Below are positions 38,401 to 50,639 of a stretch of 64,000 nt of DNA, in pieces. The notes beneath the pieces are model-generated. The model saw nothing but the letters and a program-made list of their open reading frames with translations, did no database searches and was not told the origin of the DNA. Numbering within the stretch: the first letter of the stretch is position 1; each line of letters opens with the position of its first letter. Source of the DNA: Ylistrum balloti (taxonomy: Eukaryota); contig NW_026782006.1 in the NCBI RefSeq assembly GCF_031769215.1, forward strand, positions 844,070 through 908,069. Reading direction: 5' to 3'. The position numbers and the translations under genes were made by a program.

Positions 38401-39130
38401 ATTCTTAACTGTTCTTTTTCATGCAAAATTTTCCTTCTTTAATCTATGCTATATTAGCGTATATCCTGGTAATTTTTACTTTTTGCTATGTTAGCATATA
38501 TGTATCTATGGCTTAAAGCCATTAATTGACAAATCAAATTAGCACAAATATGTGTTTGTGCTATCTGTGATAACCTTAATTAATATTTACTGTGATATGT
38601 TATAATGTCTTTCACTATGATATTTTGTATGTATTTTAGTATCTGATTGTGATATCATGTTTTACTAACGAAGTAATATTTAACTAACTTGAGGACCATG
38701 TGGTAGATTAGCCTTTGGATAAACATGTATTATCCTCTTTAAAAAAAGTCTATTATTATTATTATTATCATTATTATTAAAAAACAAAGTAAACAGCAGT
38801 TCATATAGCTGTAACCCCAACATCCTTGTTCAACAGTGTAATTACTATTTTAAACACCTTCTATAACCCTCACCACAACAACCGTATTCTTAGATTAATG
38901 TAAACTAAATATACTGATCAAGTGATCAAGTGTGACATTTGACCCTTCAACTCTGACTGAATACCATTAAATATGATGTAGATCTCAAGCGCTCTGATAT
39001 AATATTGAGAATAGTGTACTAATATGGGATACCTTAATGAACACTTGTTTATGCTACATTACATGGATGAATGATTATACACAGAATGTTGTGGTTATAC
39101 TTCCCGTCCATCAGGCAAACCCCAATGTGA

Positions 39131-40320
39131 CCGTGAGATATCTCATACACAAGGGACCATGAGATATCTCATACATAAGGGACCATGAGATATCTCATAC
39201 ACAAGGGACCATAAGTATCTCATACACAAGGGACCATGAAATATCTCATACACAAGGGACCATAAGTATCTCATACATAAGGGACCATGAGATATCTCAT
39301 ACACAAGGGACCATGAAATATCTCATACACAAGGGACCATAAGTATCTCATACATAGGGACCATGAGATATCTCATACACAGGGGACCATGAGATATCTC
39401 ATACACAATGGACCATGAGATATCTCATACACAAAGGATGGTGAGATGTCTCATACACAAGGGACCATGAGATATCTCATACACAAGGGACCATGAGATA
39501 TCTCATACACAATGGACCATGAGATATCTCATACACAAAGGATGGTGAGATGTCTCATACATAAGGGACCATGTAATATCTCATACACAAGGGACCATGA
39601 GATATCTCATACACAGGGGACCATGAGATATCTCATACACAAGGGACTGTGAGACATCTCATACACAAGGGACCATGAGATATCTCATACACAGGGGACC
39701 ATGAGATATCTCATACACAAGGGACTGTGAGACATCTCATACACAAGGGACCATGAGATTTCTCATACACAGGGGACCATGAGATATCTCATACACAAGG
39801 GACTGTGAGATGTCTCATACACAAGGGACCATGAGATATCTCATACACAAGGGACCATGAGATATCTCATACACAATGGACCATGAGATATCTCATACAC
39901 AAAGGATGGTGAGATGTCTCATACATAAGGGACCATGTAATATCTCATACACAAGGGACCATGAGATATCTCATACACAGGGGACCATGAGATATCTCAT
40001 ACACAAGGGACTGTGAGACATCTCATACACAAGGGACCATGAGATATCTCATACACAGGGGACCATGAGATATCTCATACACAAGGGACTGTGAGACATC
40101 TCATACACAAGGGACCATGAGATTTCTCATACACAGGGGACCATGAGATATCTCATACACAAGGGACTGTGAGACATCTCATACACAAGGGACCGTGAGA
40201 TATCTCATACACAAGGGACCGTGAGATATCTCATACACAAGGGACTGTGAGATATCTCATACACAGGGGACCATGAGATATCTCATACACAAGGGACCGT
40301 GAGATATCTCAGATAAGGGA
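39131..40320. repeat. Satellite N: 26-bp unit (TCTCATACACAAGGGACCATGAGATA), ~46 copies
   Basis: Period 26 (39181 -> 39207). Confidence 0.95.
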
Positions 40321-40680
40321 CCATTCAGGTGCCGAATTAAAATGTTCCACCATATCCGAGAGATAGAACTGTGTTAGTTTACAGTGTGTGTGACATTTTG
40401 ACTCTGTGAAAATTTGACAATTAATATGTTGAACCGTAATTTACAATTTAGCTCTCCTTTTCTCGATGTAAAATTGTTCTGAAGATGGTAGACCTAACCA
40501 ACCGAAGCATGTCAAGGAATACTATAAAGTTAGGGAATCCCTGGTGTTAATGCTCCATCCTTTATCTACTTGTCCTTGGTATGAAGTTTCAATACATCAG
40601 ATTGTCTGGAAAATCAGTCTACGATTAAATCTTTATCAAACATATTTACTTTAACATGATTACATTGATGTAAAACTTAC

Positions 40681-40759
40681 CTTCCATACAAAAAGTACGG
40701 ACATCTGTTAAATCAGGTCTTTCTCTAGCCACAGCCGTCCTAAGTCTGCGTGGTAAATC
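40681..40759 (-). CDS. Gene C exon (most 5' one seen): DLPRRLRTAVARERPDLTDVRTFCME
   Basis: Minus acceptor ccatgaAG (40760-40761). Perfect donor GTAAGT (40680-40675). Only one of three frames is open. 79 nt, phase 0 in, phase 1 out. Confidence 0.6.
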
Positions 40760-41164
40760 CTTCATGGAAACAAAACACATAATGGATTGAGAATCACCTT
40801 CAGTATATGTATAATATGGTTATTATGATTTCTATGTTGTAATTACAGTCAGATTTCCATTATTTGTTATTATAGAAAACACTGTTAAATATTTTATTTA
40901 TCGCTTGTTTTGTGTGATGTTCTATCAGGCTTTTAAATTGGCCAATCTTACAAAATAGAATGGGTACCCTGTTCCAATTTGATGAAATTTTTTGTGTGTT
41001 ATTTTCATTGCAATGAAAATATGTTTTAATGATTTGAAATTTCTCCACATGTCATGGGAGTGATCTTCATTAATAACAATTATAACATTATTCTATATTC
41101 AAAAGCCAAACTCGCAATGAATAAATTCATCTCAAGTCTGTACAGCTATTACATCTCTTAACAT

Positions 41165-44100
41165 GTATATCTAGTTAACATGATGTCCTCCAGTCGATAT
41201 ATCTCTGTATCTAGTTCATCTGATGTCTGTCTAGAGCTGATATATCTCTATATCTAGGTAAAATGATGTCTGTCTACAGCTGATATATCTGTATCTAGTT
41301 CATCTGATGTCTGTCTACAGCCGATATAGCTCTGTATCTAGTTCATCTGATGTCTGTCTACAGCTGATATATCTATATATCTAGGTAAAATGATGTCTGT
41401 CTACAGCTGATATATCTGTATCTTGTTCATCTGGTGTCTGTCTACAGCCGATATATCTCTGTATCTAGTTCATCTGATGTCTGTTTACAGCTGACATATC
41501 TCTATATCTAGTTCATCTGATGTCTGTCTACAGCTGATATATCTCTGTATCTAGTTCATCTGATGTCTGTCTACAGCTGACATATCTCTATATCTAATTC
41601 ATCTGATGTCTGTCTACAGCCGATATATCTCTGTATCTAGTTCATCTGATGTCTGTTTACAGCTGATATATCTCTGTATCTAGTTCATCTGATGTCTGTC
41701 TATAGCCGATATATCTGTGTATCTAGTTCATCTGATGTCTGTCTACAGCCGATATATCTCTGTATCTAGTTCATCTGATGTTTGTCTAGAGCTGATATCT
41801 CTGTATCTAGTTCATCTGATGTCTGTCTACAGCTGATATATCTCTGTATCTAGTTCATCTGATGTCTGTCTACAGCCGATATATCTCTGTATCTAGTTCA
41901 TCTGATGTCTGTCTACAGCCGATATATCTCTGTATCTAGTTCATCTGATGTCTGTCTATAGCAGATATATCTCTGTATCTAGTTCATCTGATGTCTGTCT
42001 ATAGCCGATATATCTGTGTATCTAGTTCATCTGATGTCTGTCTATAGCCGATATAGCTCTGTATCTAGTTCATCTGATGTCTGTCTATAGCAGATATAGC
42101 TCTGTATCTAGTTCATCTGATGTCTGTCTATAGCAGATATATCTCTGTATCTAGTTCATCTGATGTCTGTCTATAGCAGATATATCTCTGTATCTAGTTC
42201 ATCTGATGTCTGTCTACAGCCGATATATCTCTGTATCTAGTTCATCTGATGTCTGTCTACAGCCGATATATCTCTGTATCTAGTTCATCTGATGTCTGTC
42301 TACAGCCGATATATCTCTGTATCTAGTTCATCTGATGTCTGTCTATAGCAGATATATCTCTGTATCTAGTTCATCTGATGTCTGTCTATAGCCGATATAT
42401 CTGTGTATCTAGTTCATCTGATGTCTGTCTACAGCTGATATATCTCTGTATCTAGTTCATCTGATGTCTGTCTACAGCTGATATATCTCTGTATCTAGTT
42501 CATCTGATGTCTGTTTACAGCTGACATATCTCTATATCTAGTTCATCTGATGTCTGTCTAGAGCTGATATATCTCTGTATCTAGTTCATCTGATGTCTGT
42601 TTACAGCTGACATATCTCTATATCTAGTTCATCTGATGTCTGTCTAGAGCTGATATATCTCTGTATCTAGTTCATCTGATGTCTGTCTACAGCTGATATA
42701 TCTCTATATCTAGTTCATCTGATGTCTGTCTACAGCCGATATAGCTCTGTATCTAGTTCATCTAATGTCTGTCTACAGCCGATATATCTCTGTATCTAGT
42801 TCATCTGATGTCTGTTTACAGCTGATATATCTCTGTATCTAGTTCATCTGATGTCTGTCTACAGCTGATATATCTCTGTATCTAGTTCATCTCATGTCTG
42901 TCTACAGCTGATATATCTCTGTATCTAGTTCATCTGATGTCTGTCTACAGCTGATATATCTGTATCTAGTTCATCTGATGTCTGTCTACAGCCGATATAT
43001 CTCTGTATCTAGTTCATCTGATGTCTGTCTAGAGCTGATATATCTTCTGTATCTAGTTCATCTGATGTCTGTCTACAGCCGATATATCTCTGTATCTAGT
43101 TCATCTGATGTCTGTCTACAGCCGATATATCTCTGTATCTAGTTCATCTGATGTCTGTCTAGAGCTGATATATCTTCTGTATCTAGTTCATCTGATGTCT
43201 GTCTACAGCTGATATATCTCTGTATCTAGTTCATCTGATGTCTGTTTACAGCTGATATATCTCTGTATCTAGTTCATCTGATGTCTGTCTAGAGCTGATA
43301 TATCTCTGTATCTAGTTCATTTGATGTCTGTCTACAGCTGATATATCTCTGTATCTAGTTCATCTGATGTCTGTCTACAGCTGATATATCTCTGTATCTA
43401 GTTCATCTGATGTCTGTCTAGAGCTGATATAGCTCTGTATCTAGTTCATCTGATGTCTGTCTACAGCCGATATATCTCTGTATCTAGTTCATCTGATGTC
43501 TGTCTACAGCCGATATATCTCTGTATCTAGTTCATCTGATGTCTGTCTACAGCTGATATATCTCTGTATCTAGTTCATCTGATGTCTGTCTACAGCCGAT
43601 ATATCTCTGTATCTAGTTCATCTGATGTCTGTCTACAGCCGATATATCTCTGTATCTAGTTCATCTGATGTCTGTCTACAGCTGATATATCTCTGTATCT
43701 AGTTCATCTGATGTCTGTCTAGAGCTGATATATCTCTGTATCTAGTTCATTTGATGTCTGTCTACAGCTGATATATCTCTGTATCTAGTTCATCTGATGT
43801 CTGTCTACAGCTGATATATCTCTGTATCTAGTTCATCTGATGTCTGTCTACAGCTGATATATCTCTGTATCTAGTTCATCTGATGTCTGTCTAGAGCTGA
43901 TATATCTCTGTATCTAGTTCATCTGATGTCTGTTTACAGCTGATATATCTCTGTATCTAGTTCATCTGATGTCTGTCTAGAGCTGATATATCTCTGTATC
44001 TAGTTCATCTGATGTCTGTCTACAGCTGATATATCTCTGTATCTAGTTCATCTGATGTCTGTCTACAGCTGATATATCTCTGTATCTAGTTCATCTGATG

Positions 44101-45010
44101 TCTGTCTAGAGCTGATATATCTCTGTATCTAGTTCATCTGATGTCTGTCTAGAGCTGATATATCTCTGTATCTAGTTCATCTGATGTCTGTCTACAGCTG
44201 ATATATCTCTGTATCTAGTTCATCTGATGTCTGTCTACAGCTGATATATCTCTGTATCTAGTTCATCTGATGTCTGTCTAGAGCTGATATATCTCTGTAT
44301 CTAGTTCATCTGATGTCTGTCTACAGCTGATATATCTCTGTATCTAGTTCATTTGATGTCTGTCTACAGCTGATATATCTCTGTATCTAGTTCATCTGAT
44401 GTCTGTCTACAGCTGATATATCTCTGTATCTAGTTCATCTGATGTCTGTCTAGAGCTGATATATCTCTGTATCTAGTTCATCTGATGTCTGTCTAGAGCT
44501 GATATATCTCTGTATCTAGTTCATCTGATGTCTGTCTAGAGCTGATATATCTCTGTATCTAGTTCATTTGATGTCTGTCTACAGCTGATATATCTGTGTA
44601 TCTAGTTCATCTGATGTCTGTCTACAGCTGATATATCTCTGTATCTAGTTCATCTGATGTCTGTCTACAGCTGATATATCTCTGTATCTAGTTCATCTGA
44701 TGTCTGTCTACAGCTGATATATCTCTGTATCTAGTTCATCTGATGTCTGTCTGATATAGCTGATATATCTCTGTATCTAGTTCATCTGATGTCTGTCTAG
44801 AGCTGATATATCTCTGTATCTAGTTCATTTGATGTCTGTCTACAGCCGATATATCTCTGTATCTAGTTCATCTGATGTCTGTCTAGAGCTGATATATCTC
44901 TGTATCTAGTTCATCTGATGTCTGTCTACAGCCGATATATCTGTGTATCTAGTTCATCTGATGTCTGTCTAGAGCTGATATATCTCTGTATCTAGTTCAT
45001 CTGATGACTT
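41165..45010. repeat. Satellite O: 43-bp unit (TCTGTATCTAGTTCATCTGATGTCTGTCTACAGCTGATATATC), ~89 copies
   Basis: Period 43 (41521 -> 41564). Very high inter-unit identity. Confidence 0.97.
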
Positions 45011-45244
45011 TCTCAGGTGGATCTAGATTATCATATCAATAAAAGTGTTTTGATAAACAAGGTAAACATTCAACTGAGCATGTGATAGATAGGGTAACTA
45101 CTCACCACTGACTCATCTTTAAACACTGCAGACATTTTTTTCTTTCTGAATTTCTTGTTCTCATCCTGTATTAGTCAAATAAACCATAGTGATTATACCT
45201 TTACAATTACACCACAGGTAATGTATTTCTTTCTTTTAGTACAT

Positions 45245-47800
45245 AAAATGCTGTTTTCTTATAGACCAGCAATGGGTGTTTTCTTATCGAAGCAACAATG
45301 GGAGTTTTCTTACAGTCATACAGAACAAGCAATGGGTGTTTTCTTACAATACCAGCAATGGGTGTTTTCTTACAGTACCAGCAATGGGTGTTTTCTTACA
45401 GTACCAGCAATGGGTGTTTTCTTATCGAAGCAACAATGGGTGTTTTCTTACAGTACCAACAATGGGTGTTGTCTTACAGTACCAGCAATGGGTGTTTTCT
45501 TATCGAAGCAACAATGGGTGTTTTCTTACAGTACCAGCAATGGGTGTTTTCTTACAGTACCAGCAATGGGTGTTTTCTTATCGAAGCAACAATGGGTGTT
45601 TTCTTACAGTACCAACAATGGGTGTTGTCTTACAGTACCAGCAATGGGTGTTTTCTTATCGAAGCAACAATGGGTGTTTTCTTACAGTACTAACAATGAG
45701 TGTTTTCTTACAGTACCAGCAATGGGTGTTTTCTTACAGTACCAGCAATGGGTGTTTTCTTACAGTACCAGCAATGGGTGTTTTCTTAAAGTACCAGCAA
45801 CGGTGTTTTCTTACAGTACCAGCAATGGGTGTTTTCTTACAGTACAAACAATCAGTGTTTTCGTACAGTACCAACAATGGGTGTTTTCTTACAGTACCAA
45901 CAATGGGTGTTTTCTTACAGTACCAACAATGGGTGTTTATTTACAGTACCAACAATGGGTGTTTACTTACAGTACCAACAATGAGTGTTTTCTTACAGTA
46001 CCAACAATGGGTGTTTACTTACAGTACCAACAATGAGTGTTTTCTTACAGTACCAACAATGGGTGTTTACTTACAGTACCAACAATCAGTGTTTACTTAC
46101 AGTACCAACAATGGGTGTTTACTTACAGTACCAACAATGAGTGTTTTCTTACAGTACCAACAATGGGTGTTTTCTTACAGTACCAACAATGGGTGTTTAT
46201 TTACAGTACCAGCAATGGGTTTTTTTCATACAGAACCAGCAATGGGTGTTTTCTTATCGAAGCAACAATGGGCGTTTTCTTACAGTACCAACAATGGGTG
46301 TTTTCTTACAGTACCAACAATGAGTGTTTTCTTACAGTACCAACAATGAGTGTTTTCTTACAGTACCAGCAATGGGTGTTTTCTTACAGTACCAACAATG
46401 AGTGTTTTCTTACAGTACCAACAATGAGTGTTTTCTTACAGTACCAGCAATGGGTGTTTTCTTACAGTACCAACAATGAGTGTTTTCTTACAGTACCAAC
46501 AATGAGTGTTTTCTTACAGTACCAGCAATGGGTGTTTTCTTACAGTACCAGCAACGGGTGTTCTCTTACAGTACCAGCAATGGGTGTTTTCTTACAGTAC
46601 CAACAATGGGTGTTTTCTTATCGAAGCTACAATGGGTGTTTTCTTACAGTACCAGCAACGGGTGTTTTCTTACAGTACCAGCAATGGGTGTTTTCTTACA
46701 GTACCAGCAATGGGTGTTTTCTTATTGCAGCAACAATGGGTGTTTTCTTACAGTACCAACAATGGGTGTTTTCTTACAGTACCAACAATGGGTGTACCAA
46801 CAATGGGTGTCTCTAACAGTACCAACAATGAGTGTTTTCTTACAGTACCAGCAATGGGTGTTTTCTTACAGTACCAGCAATGGGTGTTTTCTTACAGTGC
46901 CAGCAATGGGTGTTTTCTTACAGTACCAGCAATTGGTGTTTTCTTATCGAAGCTACAATGGGTGTTTTCTTACAGTACCAACAATGGGTGTTTTCTTACA
47001 GTACCAACAATGAGTGTTTTCTTACAGTACCAACAATGAGTGTTTTCTTACAGTACCAACAATGAGTGTTTTCTTACAGTACCAGCAATGGGTGTTTTCT
47101 TAAAGTACCAGCAATGGGTGTTTTCTTAAAGTACCAGCAACGGGTGTTTTCATACAGTACCAGCAATGGGTGTTTTCTTACAGTACCAACAATGAGTGTT
47201 TACTTACAGTACCAGCAATGGGTGTTTTCTTATCGAAGCAACAATGGGCGTTTTCTTACAGTACCAGCAATGGGTGTTTTCTTATCGAAGCAACAATGGG
47301 CGTTTTCTTACAGTACCAACAATGGGTGTTTTCTTACAGTACCAACAATGGGTGTTTTCTTACAGTACCAACAATGAGTGTTTTCTTACAGTGCCAGCAA
47401 TGAGCGTTTTCTTACAGTACCAACAATGGGTGTTTTCTTAAAGTACCAGCAATGAGCGTTTTCTTACAGTACCAGCAACAGGTGTTTTCTTACAGTACCA
47501 GCAATGGGTGTTTTCTTACAGTACCAACAATGAGTGTTTTCGTACAGTACCAACAATGGGTGTTTTCTTACAGTACCAACAATGGGTGTTTACTTACAGT
47601 ACCAACAATGGGTGTTTACTTACAGTAACAACAATGAGTGTTTTCTTACAGTACCAACAATGGGTGTTTTCTTACAGTACCAACAATGGGTGTTTACTTA
47701 TAGTACCAACAATGGGTGTTTACTTACAGTACCAACAACAATATATAGTACCAGCAATGAGTATTTTCTTACGGTGCCAATACTGGGTGTTTTTCTTCAA
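45245..47800. repeat. Satellite P: 26-bp unit (CAGTACCAGCAATGGGTGTTTTCTTA), ~98 copies
   Basis: Period 26 (45361 -> 45387). The many overlapping + strand ORFs here (up to 357 aa) are repeat artefacts. Confidence 0.97.
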
Positions 47801-48059
47801 ATGAAATACTTTCTGATTCCAAAATCTGAAATTTATAAACTTAAACAAAGGAACTATTTATTATGATATCCTCTTTGAATGCAGAAATTAAATTGTAACA
47901 TAAGATAAGGATCTTGGCACCCATTATATTATCTTTTATCAATTGGGTTTATATTAAAAGTCTCTTTTGCCCTTCTTTCCTCTAATTTGCCCTTTAGTCA
48001 GTTATTTTGTTTTCCCAATCTAATCTAAAATTGATCATACACAACCAGGGACCAATGGT

Positions 48060-49475
48060 AGCCTATGTATGAAATTGAAATTTGTCAAATCCAACATGGC
48101 AACCTTAAGTCATTTTGTTATTCAATCAGTCTTTCAATTAATGATGCATAACCAGTATGTATATGAGAGGCCTCTATCAAACAAGGTATTCTCAAGAAAT
48201 AGCGATAATAAACTTTTTCAGATCTGTAGTAACATTGAAATTGTTTACAACATTAGGACCCCAGGGAATCTTAATGTAAAATCTTAGTAAAATCCGACAA
48301 TAACACACAAAAACTGTCAAAATTCAAGACTGATGCATGTTGGCAATTTATTTGCATTAGTTCCCAAATTTGCCCTGCCCAATGAAAGATTCAGGGTAGT
48401 TCATCTATGAAATATCAGAAAAATCCATTCATTGTTTCTCAAGAAATAGGATGGTTTAAAGACAAGCAAATGAACCACAGACCCCAGATGAAGGACTCTT
48501 TGAACAGCTGTCCAATTGATGATAAGAAGCTAACAAGAGATCCCAGAGGGATCTTGGCGCCCACCATTTGAGGATCTGTTTTCAGTTCTTGAAGATTTGT
48601 TTTTTTTTTTTGTTTGTTTGTTACAGGTGTTGTAAATGTTCATGAACTGGTCTTCACTGAATGTACTCAATGATGGCACAAGATATTTTTATTAAGCACC
48701 TATTAGCAAATATCATTTGAAAAAGATCCTAAAGTATTATTAGATAGCAGTCAGTTACAGGTGGATAATGGACAATATGCTTGTGCTGTATTACTGTCGA
48801 CATCCAAGATGGCTGTCTGTGGGCCACCTTGATTTCAAATCGGTCCAAAAAAGGTACAATGCACAACTAGGGACAAAGGGAAACCAATATCTATAAAATA
48901 TCAGAAGGATCCATCCAGGACTTCCTCAGATATAGCAGTAACAAGATTTTACTCTCAAAATTCAAGATGGCTGCCTGTCAGCCATATTGATTTCGGATCA
49001 GTCCAAAAAGGTATAATGCACAACTTGGAACCAAAGGGAACCTGCATATGAAATTTGAGAAAGATCCATCCAGTACTTTCCAAGAAATAGCAGTAACAAA
49101 CTTATACTTCCAAAATCCAAGATGGCCACCTGTCGGCCATCTTGAATTCGAATCAGTCCAAAAAAGGTACAATGCACAACTAGGGACAAAGGGGAAACTG
49201 CATATGAAATTTGAGAAAGATCCATCCAGTACTTTTCCAGAAATAGCGGTAACAAACTTTTACTTCCAAAATCCAAGATGGCCACCTGTCTGCCATCTTC
49301 AATGGGAATCAGTTCAAAAAAGGTACAATGCACAACTAGGGACCAAGGGGAACCTGCATATGAAATTTGAGAAAGATCCATCCAGTACTTTTCCAGAAAT
49401 AGCGGTAACAAGAATTGTTTACGGACGGACGGACCGGACGCCTAGACGGACGGACGACGGACCACGGACGCAGGG
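48060..49475. repeat. Repeat Q: ~156-bp unit (..CAAGATGGCCACCTGTCGGCCATCTTGA..TCAGTCCAAAAAAGGTACAATGCACAACTAGGGACAAAGG..CATATGAAATTTGAGAAAGATCCATCCAGTACTTTCCAAGAAATAGCAGTAACAA..). ~4 near-identical copies (48806-49430) preceded by ~3 strongly diverged copies (48060-48560); array ends in a (GGAC)n-like tract 49418-49470
   Basis: Unit starts 48806, 48963, 49117, 49275. Diverged copies share CTCAAGAAATAG(C/G) and CATCTATGAAATATCAGAAAAATCCAT blocks. Confidence 0.8.
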
Positions 49476-49658
49476 TGATTTTAATTAACCCACCATCTAT
49501 TAGATGGTGGGCTAAAAATGTGTTAATATGACTTTTTCTCTGTGTCAGTTAAAACTGTAAACTGAGGTCAGTATACTGGAAGATTTTCCTTACATTTACA
49601 TGTCAAGTGTACAGACATGTGTACAAAGAAGAATAAATATAAACATTGTTTTACATAC

Positions 49659-50595
49659 CAATACACTTAGAGATATCAGGTCTTCTGTAGACTTTCCACC
49701 TCTATTGGCTGATGATAAAGGCCTTGCAGATTGCTGAGATTGGCCAAAACAATGCGATAATCCTTCAGTCACCGGAGAGGAGACTCTGTCCAATAAGCAT
49801 TCATCAGCTCCTGAGAATCTATTACATATGGAAGTCTGTCTTGAAGATCTCCCATGCTGTGGAGAAGGGGGAGGTGGTGCTGCGGGTGTAAAAGCCAACC
49901 TAGACTTTCGAGCACGTTGGGTACATTGTGTTGCAGGTGTAAAAGCCATGGCAGACTTTCGATGGGGGGGAGGTGGGGGAGGTGGTGTTGCGGATGTAAA
50001 AGCCACGGCAGACTTTGGAGGTGGGGGAATTGGTGTTGCAGGTGTAAAAGCCATGGCAGACTTTGGAGGTGGGGGAGGTGGGGGAGGTGGGGGAGGTGAT
50101 GTTGCGGATGTAAAAGCTACGGCAGACTTCGGAGGTGGGGGAGGTGGTGTTCCGGGTGTAAATGCCATGGCAGTCTTTGGAGGTGGGGGAGGTGGTGCTG
50201 CGGGTGTAAAAGCTAACGCAGACTTTGGAGGTGGGGGAATTGGTGTTGCAGGTGTAAAAGCCATGGCAGACTTTCGATGGGGGGGAATGGGTGGTCCGGA
50301 TGTAAAAGTCTTGGCAGATTTTGGAGGTGGGGGAATTGGTGTTGCAGGTGTAAAAGCCATGGCAGACTTTGGAGGTGGGGGAGGTGGTGTTGCGGATGTA
50401 AAAGCCACGGCAGACTTTGGAGGTGGGGGAGGTGGTGCTGCTGATGTAAAAGCCATGGCAGACTTCGGAGGTGGGGGAGGTGGTGCTGTGGGTGTAAAAG
50501 CCATGGCAGACTTTTGACGGGGGGAAATTGGTGGTCCGGATGTAAAATCCTTGGCAGACTTTGGAGGTGGGGAAATTGGTGTTGCAGATAAATAC
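49659..50595 (-). CDS. Candidate large exon of a proline-rich protein: ~12 x 60-bp coding repeats ([K/R]SA[M/V]AFT[P/S]A[T/A]PPPPPP) followed by unique tail ..SPQHGRSSRQTSICNRFSGADECLLDRVSSPVTEGLSHCFGQSQQSARPLSSANRGGKSTEDLISLSVL
   Basis: One continuous open frame of 937 nt on minus strand. Bounded by acceptor ctattgcAG (50596-50597) and donor GTATGT (49658-49653). GC-rich relative to flanks. Repeat varies at synonymous/conservative positions. Confidence 0.5.
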
Positions 50596-50639
50596 CTGCA
50601 ATAGAGAAACAACAATATATTTCTAAAAATACATACAGG

